The position numbers and the translations under genes are program-made. The notes under the pieces were generated by a model. It was not told the origin of the DNA. It did no database searches and saw only the letters and a list, made by a program, of their open reading frames with translations. A DNA stretch of 64,000 bases from an uncultured Chloroflexia bacterium. GTDB taxonomy: Bacteria; Chloroflexota; Limnocylindria; Limnocylindrales; CSP1-4. Shown in pieces: positions 59,801 to 64,000 of the stretch. Where the stretch lies: contig CAVONF010000003.1 of assembly GCA_963697275.1 (NCBI GenBank), positions 68,028 to 132,027 on the forward strand. Reading direction: 5' to 3'. Within the stretch, counting starts at the first letter, position 1, and every line of letters starts with the position of its first letter.

Positions 59801-60538
59801 ATGAGTTGCGCCGACATCCCCGAGTGGTACCTGCGTCACCGCATCCCGGTGATCAACACCCGGTCAGACACCTGGCGCGAAGTCAGTGACCAGCTGCTTC
59901 CGCCCGGATACGAGACCACGACCTGCCTGCGGCGGCTGGCTGACGCCAAGAGGGTCCGACAGCTCGCCCGCGGGCTGTGGCAGGTCCTCGATCCAGCGCG
60001 CGAACCGCCCGCCATCGCGGTGGCGGACGCCGTCTTCCGCGATGTCGCGCACTACCTCACGACGGACGCCGCGCTCGCAGCGGAAGGCCTGATCGACCAG
60101 CCCGTCCCGGTGATCACGGTCGTGGCGCGGAAGAAGCCGCGACCGCTCGCGGTCGGACCGGCCACCATCCGAGCCGTCTGGATGGACGAACGAGACCTGG
60201 CCGCTGCCGAGGTCGTGCGCACGACCCGCGACGGTTACCAGGTCACGCTCGCATCGCCGACACAAGCCATCGTGGATGCGCTGGCCGAGCCTCGGTGGAT
60301 GACCCACGGCTCCCTGCTCCCGGAGGTGCTCCAGCAGCTGCCCGCGACGGACATCGAAGCAGCAGCCGGGCGATCGCTGGCCCGCAGCAAGGCGGCCGCG
60401 GCGCGACTCGGGTACTGGCTCGAAGGCACCGGGCTGCCCATCCCCGAGCCACTGGCTTCGTTCGTCCCCAACGCCAGGACCGAACTGGTGCCCGGCCGTC
60501 GCGGCCCGTACTCCACCCGGTGGCGTGTCTATGGCTGA
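59801..60538 (+). CDS. abiEi: type IV toxin-antitoxin system AbiEi family antitoxin
   Basis: Intact 245-aa ORF directly upstream of, and overlapping, an AbiEii-type gene. It has an N-terminal wHTH-like region (LRRLADAKRVRQLARGLW). The call rests mainly on gene pairing and size. Confidence 0.65.
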   Translation: MSCADIPEWYLRHRIPVINTRSDTWREVSDQLLPPGYETTTCLRRLADAKRVRQLARGLWQVLDPAREPPAIAVADAVFRDVAHYLTTDAALAAEGLIDQPVPVITVVARKKPRPLAVGPATIRAVWMDERDLAAAEVVRTTRDGYQVTLASPTQAIVDALAEPRWMTHGSLLPEVLQQLPATDIEAAAGRSLARSKAAAARLGYWLEGTGLPIPEPLASFVPNARTELVPGRRGPYSTRWRVYG

Positions 60539-61367
60539 GCGACACACGCTCGACACCATCGAAGCGGCCTTCATCGAGGCGCGTCAGGCCGGTGATGGCG
60601 CGGCGATGGCGCGACTGCGGAACGAGGAAGCCTGCGTGGTCCTGTTGACGCTCCTGGGTCGGCTGGCTTCGGACGATGCGACGTTCATCCATGACGTCGC
60701 CCTGAAAGGCGGGATCCTCATGGCCGGTGAGCTCGCGAGCCCGCGCGTCTCGGCGGACATCGATGCCACCACCGGCGCGATGCGGAGGATCGATCCCCAA
60801 CGCATCGTGGATGATCTGCGTCGTCACGGCCGCGACCTCGACGTGCGGCGGCGCGCGGAGGACACCCGGACGACCGGAGGGACGATCGTCCATCTGTCCT
60901 TCGCGTCGCGCACGGATGGCGGCGCCGCCAAGCTCGAGGTGAGCGTGCGGGAGGATCTGGTCTTCGCCGTCCGTGACGCCTATTTCGACGTGACCGACCT
61001 TGGCATCGAGGCGTTCACCCTTCCTGCCATCGCCGAGGTCGAGATCGTCGCCGAGAAGCTCCGCACCCTCGTGCAACGCGCACAGCCCAGGGACCTCTTC
61101 GACCTCCGACTGCAGCTCACCGATGCGGGCTGGCATCTCGACCCAGTGCAGCTCCGCGAGGCTGTCGACGCCAAGCTCTCGATCACGCGGTACAAGCGAT
61201 GGAAGCCCGGGCTGTGGCGCACCCACCTTGATGAGATCGGGGCCATCTGGGAGGCTGTGCTTGCCGAGTGGATCGAGCCTGGGCGCATCCCCTCGTTCGA
61301 CGAGTCCGTCGTTCTCGTCGGGAGGCGCCTGCGAGAACTCGGACTGGATCGAACCGGCGCGTCCTGA
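60531..61367 (+). CDS. abiEii: nucleotidyltransferase AbiEii/AbiGii toxin family protein (DUF1814)
   Basis: ALKGGILMAGELASPRVSADIDAT and AQPRDLFDL match the KGG..R.S.DID and RD(L/Y)(F/Y)DL motifs of the family. The ATG at 60531 gives an ATGGCTGA overlap with the abiEi stop (the tracked GTG at 60525 is also possible). Confidence 0.75.
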   Translation: MAERHTLDTIEAAFIEARQAGDGAAMARLRNEEACVVLLTLLGRLASDDATFIHDVALKGGILMAGELASPRVSADIDATTGAMRRIDPQRIVDDLRRHGRDLDVRRRAEDTRTTGGTIVHLSFASRTDGGAAKLEVSVREDLVFAVRDAYFDVTDLGIEAFTLPAIAEVEIVAEKLRTLVQRAQPRDLFDLRLQLTDAGWHLDPVQLREAVDAKLSITRYKRWKPGLWRTHLDEIGAIWEAVLAEWIEPGRIPSFDESVVLVGRRLRELGLDRTGAS

Positions 61368-61450
61368 CTACTCGCCGGTGTCCCTCCGTCGCGGGGCAAG
61401 GGTGGCCATCCTCACCCAGCCCTGCGTGCGCGGCTCACCTCGCATACGCC

Positions 61451-61906
61451 CTACTGCTCGTAGTACACCTCCGTGCTGGCGATCCTTCGCGGCGAGATGG
61501 TGCTGGCCCCGTTCATCTCGAACGGGATGGCTCCCTCGACCGGCAGCATACGGAGGAAGGTGAAGTCGCCACCGAGGATGTCACCGTCCTGGTCGCGGTA
61601 CACGGCCATCACCTGGACACCCTCCTGCGGGTCGTTGAACAGGCTCTCCACCGTGCCGGTGGTCCGTGGCCCCCTGCCCCGGTGCTGCGTCCTGACCTTG
61701 TCGAAGGCAAGGTCCCCGGTCACGTAGTCATAGACGACCCAGTACCTGAGCCCCTCCTCGATGGCGGCGTCCACGCTCGCCGCTCCCTTGGTGCCGGGGA
61801 TGACGCCGACGACAGCTCCCGTCTGTCCGGGCAGCAGCGTGATGAACTCCATCTCGGTCGCGACGGGGACGCCCTCGTCGTCGAGCACGTCGATGCGGAC
61901 CGGCAT
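61451..61906 (-). CDS. hypothetical protein (convergent with abiEii)
   Basis: Protein-like composition (IDVLDDEGVPVATEMEFITLLPGQTGAVVGVIPG..QVMAVYRDQDGDILGG) suggests a beta-rich fold. The start is uncertain: the ATG at 61906, or 61981, which would abut tRNA-half copy B. Confidence 0.45.
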   Translation of the reverse strand: MPVRIDVLDDEGVPVATEMEFITLLPGQTGAVVGVIPGTKGAASVDAAIEEGLRYWVVYDYVTGDLAFDKVRTQHRGRGPRTTGTVESLFNDPQEGVQVMAVYRDQDGDILGGDFTFLRMLPVEGAIPFEMNGASTISPRRIASTEVYYEQ

Positions 61907-62015
61907 GGCCCATGCCGACCAGCGGCTCGGGTTCGGGTTGCGCCGAGGCTTCGGCCGGCAGTCGGGAGAGCCCACGAACACAGCCCGCGGCGGCTCTGCT
62001 ATCGTGTCTGGCCTC

Positions 62016-62056
62016 GGGCGGCTAGCTCAGCTGGTGTAGAGCACTTGCTTGACATG
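62016..62056 (+). pseudogene. tRNA-Val(GAC) 5' half only, copy B
   Basis: GGGCGGC-TA-GCTC-AGCTGGTGTA-GAGC-A-CTTGC-TTGACAT, then unrelated sequence and a terminator-like hairpin. The upstream 19 nt (cggcggctctgctAtcgtg) also match copy A. Confidence 0.7.
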
Positions 62057-62095
62057 CGTCCCGCCGAATGCGGCGTAGGTGTCGCACGACGACGA

Positions 62096-62118
62096 GCCCT
62101 CACCGATGCGGTGAGGGC
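62096..62118. terminator. 9-bp perfect GC-rich hairpin (GCCCTCACC-gatgc-GGTGAGGGC) followed by CTTGTTAT
   Basis: Read directly. It lies 40 nt after tRNA-half copy B and 177 nt beyond the stop of the minus-strand M15 gene, so it could act in either direction. Confidence 0.45.
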
Positions 62119-62294
62119 CTTGTTATGGGCTGAACGTTATCGGCTGAATTGAGCTTGGACGTGCCTGATCGCCACTCTGCCGGGTGGACGAGACACATCG
62201 CTAGCGGTGGTGCCGGCGGACGGAAGGGACCGGGTCCGGCGGCCGCGCAAGGACTACGGGTCGTGGCCGTACGCGCTACAACAGTGCCCGTGGG

Positions 62295-63195
62295 TCAGGG
62301 CGGCACCCTTGGATAGACACATCCCCCTATCTTGACGGTGTCTCGAACCGACGGCGGATCATGCTGCCAGTGCCACGGCTCCTTCCAGTACGGGCTGAAG
62401 CCGTAGTCCTTCGCATGAGCAACGAGCCAACTGTAGAGCCAAGTGCGTTTCCAGCTTGCCTTCTGCGAACTGTTCGCCGCGTACGTCGTCTTGCCTTCCG
62501 TCGTCATGAAATCAATGGCCAGCCCCTTGGTATGCAAGCTGTACCCAGGGATTGCTTTCCACTTCATCAGTCTCCGAGCGAGGTATTCAACGGCAGCCTT
62601 GCCGTAGGCGCCGCTCTTCAGGGCGGCTCTGGCTTTCTTGGTGCGCTCGAAATGCGTCGCGTAGGCGTTCTTCCAGTTGCTGGACTCGCGCGCCAGACCG
62701 GTGTAGGTCCTCTTAAATCCAATCGTCTTAACGCGGAGCGCCTTTGCGCGCGCCTTCCTGTCAAGGTTGTCCTTGGCCTGCGCCAATCTCAAGTCCGCCC
62801 TCGCAGCGGATAGCAGGTCCCGCGCGTCCCCCTCGACGCCGGCACGCATCTGGAATCCAGTCGATCCGCCGACCTCAGCGAGCTCGTCCTTCGACAACCC
62901 AGGCGAGAACACCCTCTTCGGATTGCTTGCGGTCAGCTCGAGCTGCCTGTCATAGACCGCACGTCGGAACGCCGTCTCCTCGGGGGTACCGAGCTTCCCC
63001 AACTGGCTCATAAATCGCACCCTCTGGAATCCTCGGCTCCTTCGGTGACTTCGGTCTGCGAGCCGGGGCCCTTTGGAGCCCATACCCAAACCCAGGCGCC
63101 GAGCGAACCAGTCGCTGGACGGCGCGGTTCCCGGCGGTCGACTGCAAAGCCAGCAGTTCCGCGGCACGCAGCGCATGCGTCGTCTCTGGACGCAT
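62295..63195 (-). pseudogene. M15 (VanY / D-Ala-D-Ala carboxypeptidase-like) peptidase with an N-terminal LQSTAGNRAVQRL leader, one frame change near 63020
   Basis: The C-terminal domain has YSLHTKGLAIDF and EPWHWQH (SxHxxGxAxD / ExWH) in ORF 62295..63272. The leader MRPETTHALRAAELLALQSTAGNRAVQRLV plus a P/K/R-rich linker is in ORF 62950..63306. GC content is visibly lower than in the flanks. Alternatively this is two overlapping genes, with an ATG at 63011. Confidence 0.6.
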
Positions 63196-63562
63196 GCGCC
63201 ATGGGACACCGGCGTGAGCTCCTCCGTTGGAGTCATGCCGTGGATGCTGCGGCGACGGGGCCGTTGCTGCAAGTCTGCGCACTCCCGTCGCGGGCGCCCA
63301 GTCCAACTAGATCCCCCTTACAATCATGGCCGCAGTATCGGCTTGAACACGCATACCCACGGGGCATGTCTGCCTGCCCGAACGGACCTCTAGCGGCCCC
63401 TCTGGCGGGCAGCCGAAAGGAAACGGAAGTCCTTGGCCAGCGTGGTGGAATCCCATGGTTGGTGTCACAGCGCGTCATCATCGCGTCCGATTCCTAGCTC
63501 GCCAGGAGTAGCACCGGGGCCGCCTAATCTCATTCGGTGACTGCTTCGAGCATAGCCTCCCG

Positions 63563-63766
63563 ATGGGAGAGGGGACTCGACTCGTCTTCCTCGGGGCTTC
63601 GCTGCCCATGGTCATCGAGACCACGCCGGTCCACGGGCAGAACTCCTTCGATGACTTCCTCGCCGAGGTCCAGCCCGTCATCGACTCACCGAACTTCGAC
63701 GCAGGCGCGTGGGGCCTCCCAAGGTACGCGGCAGTCTGGAGCGGTGGCCGAAACGCCGGCGTCTGA
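63563..63766 (+). CDS. small hypothetical protein
   Basis: 67-aa ORF with balanced, non-shadow composition (VIETTPVHGQNSFDDFLAEVQPVIDSPNFDAGAWG). There is no clear RBS and I recognise no family. Confidence 0.25.
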   Translation: MGEGTRLVFLGASLPMVIETTPVHGQNSFDDFLAEVQPVIDSPNFDAGAWGLPRYAAVWSGGRNAGV

Positions 63767-63875
63767 CGATCACGCCTGACGCTCGACTTCGCCACTGCCG
63801 CCGACGCCAGCACGTCGCCGAGGCCGCCTCGTGACCAATCGCACGTCCTCTGGTATCGTTCGTCGTCTCAGGCAC

Positions 63876-64000
63876 CTAGTGTCTCGATTCGCTGATCGCT
63901 GGCGGCTTGCGGACCGCCTTGGCGAGGATTCTGGTCGGCGGTCTTGACCCAGGTGAAGGGGCTGGCACCCTCGTTCCATCGGCGGGTGAAGGCGTCGATC
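63876..64000 (-). mobile_element. IS630 family transposase, C-terminal end (continues beyond the window), with an apparent 1-nt insertion
   Basis: The minus strand reads IDAFTRRWNEGASPFTWVKTADQ, then goes out of frame. Removing one A in cagAAtcc restores ILAKAVRKPPAISESRH-stop (stop at 63876-63878), the usual IS630 transposase C-terminus. Confidence 0.6.

Noticed and set aside
59459-59839. 126-aa minus-strand ORF overlapping tRNA-half copy A and the abiEi promoter
   Set aside because: It has Arg/Pro/Gly-rich shadow composition. It overlaps RNA-like and regulatory sequence and has no RBS.

Overview
High-G+C (about 70% by eye), probably Actinomycetota-like chromosomal DNA. It is densely coding, GTG starts are common, and many adjacent genes have 4-nt start/stop overlaps. 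I found no rRNA, no CRISPR array and no intact tRNA.

Gene content, left to right:
- plsY, a PEP-utilising enzyme and hemH
- a CUT1-type sugar ABC operon
- an NMT1-type ABC operon containing an unknown gene
- a DeoR / G1PDH-like / DegT / GH4 cluster
- an F420/LLM oxidoreductase, an AEC transporter and a SulP remnant
- a Pat-like acetyl-CoA synthetase-GNAT protein, a flavodoxin and a 2-hydroxyacid dehydrogenase
- a sulfotransferase, then a peptidase-rich stretch (transglutaminase-like, YugP-like, MA-type, TldD/PmbA)
- an MFS transporter, an asparaginase and an amidohydrolase
- a glpK-glpD-galT-deoR operon, a second sugar ABC operon and galK
- a C5-epimerase-like gene, then an OafA-like O-acetyltransferase followed by three tandem genes for secreted TSP3-repeat/SGNH proteins
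- a hemerythrin
- a small accessory region: an AbiEi/AbiEii pair bracketed by two promoter-bearing tRNA-Val 5' halves, a lower-GC M15 peptidase gene and the end of an IS630 transposase.

The dominant signal is bimodal gene integrity. About 19 kb of genes read cleanly. Most of the others can only be followed by repeated frame changes, even though their catalytic motifs are still letter-perfect. This is either patchy assembly indel error or recent indel-driven gene decay, and I cannot tell which from sequence alone. Genes that need a frame change are typed pseudogene with that caveat, and their coordinates are approximate.
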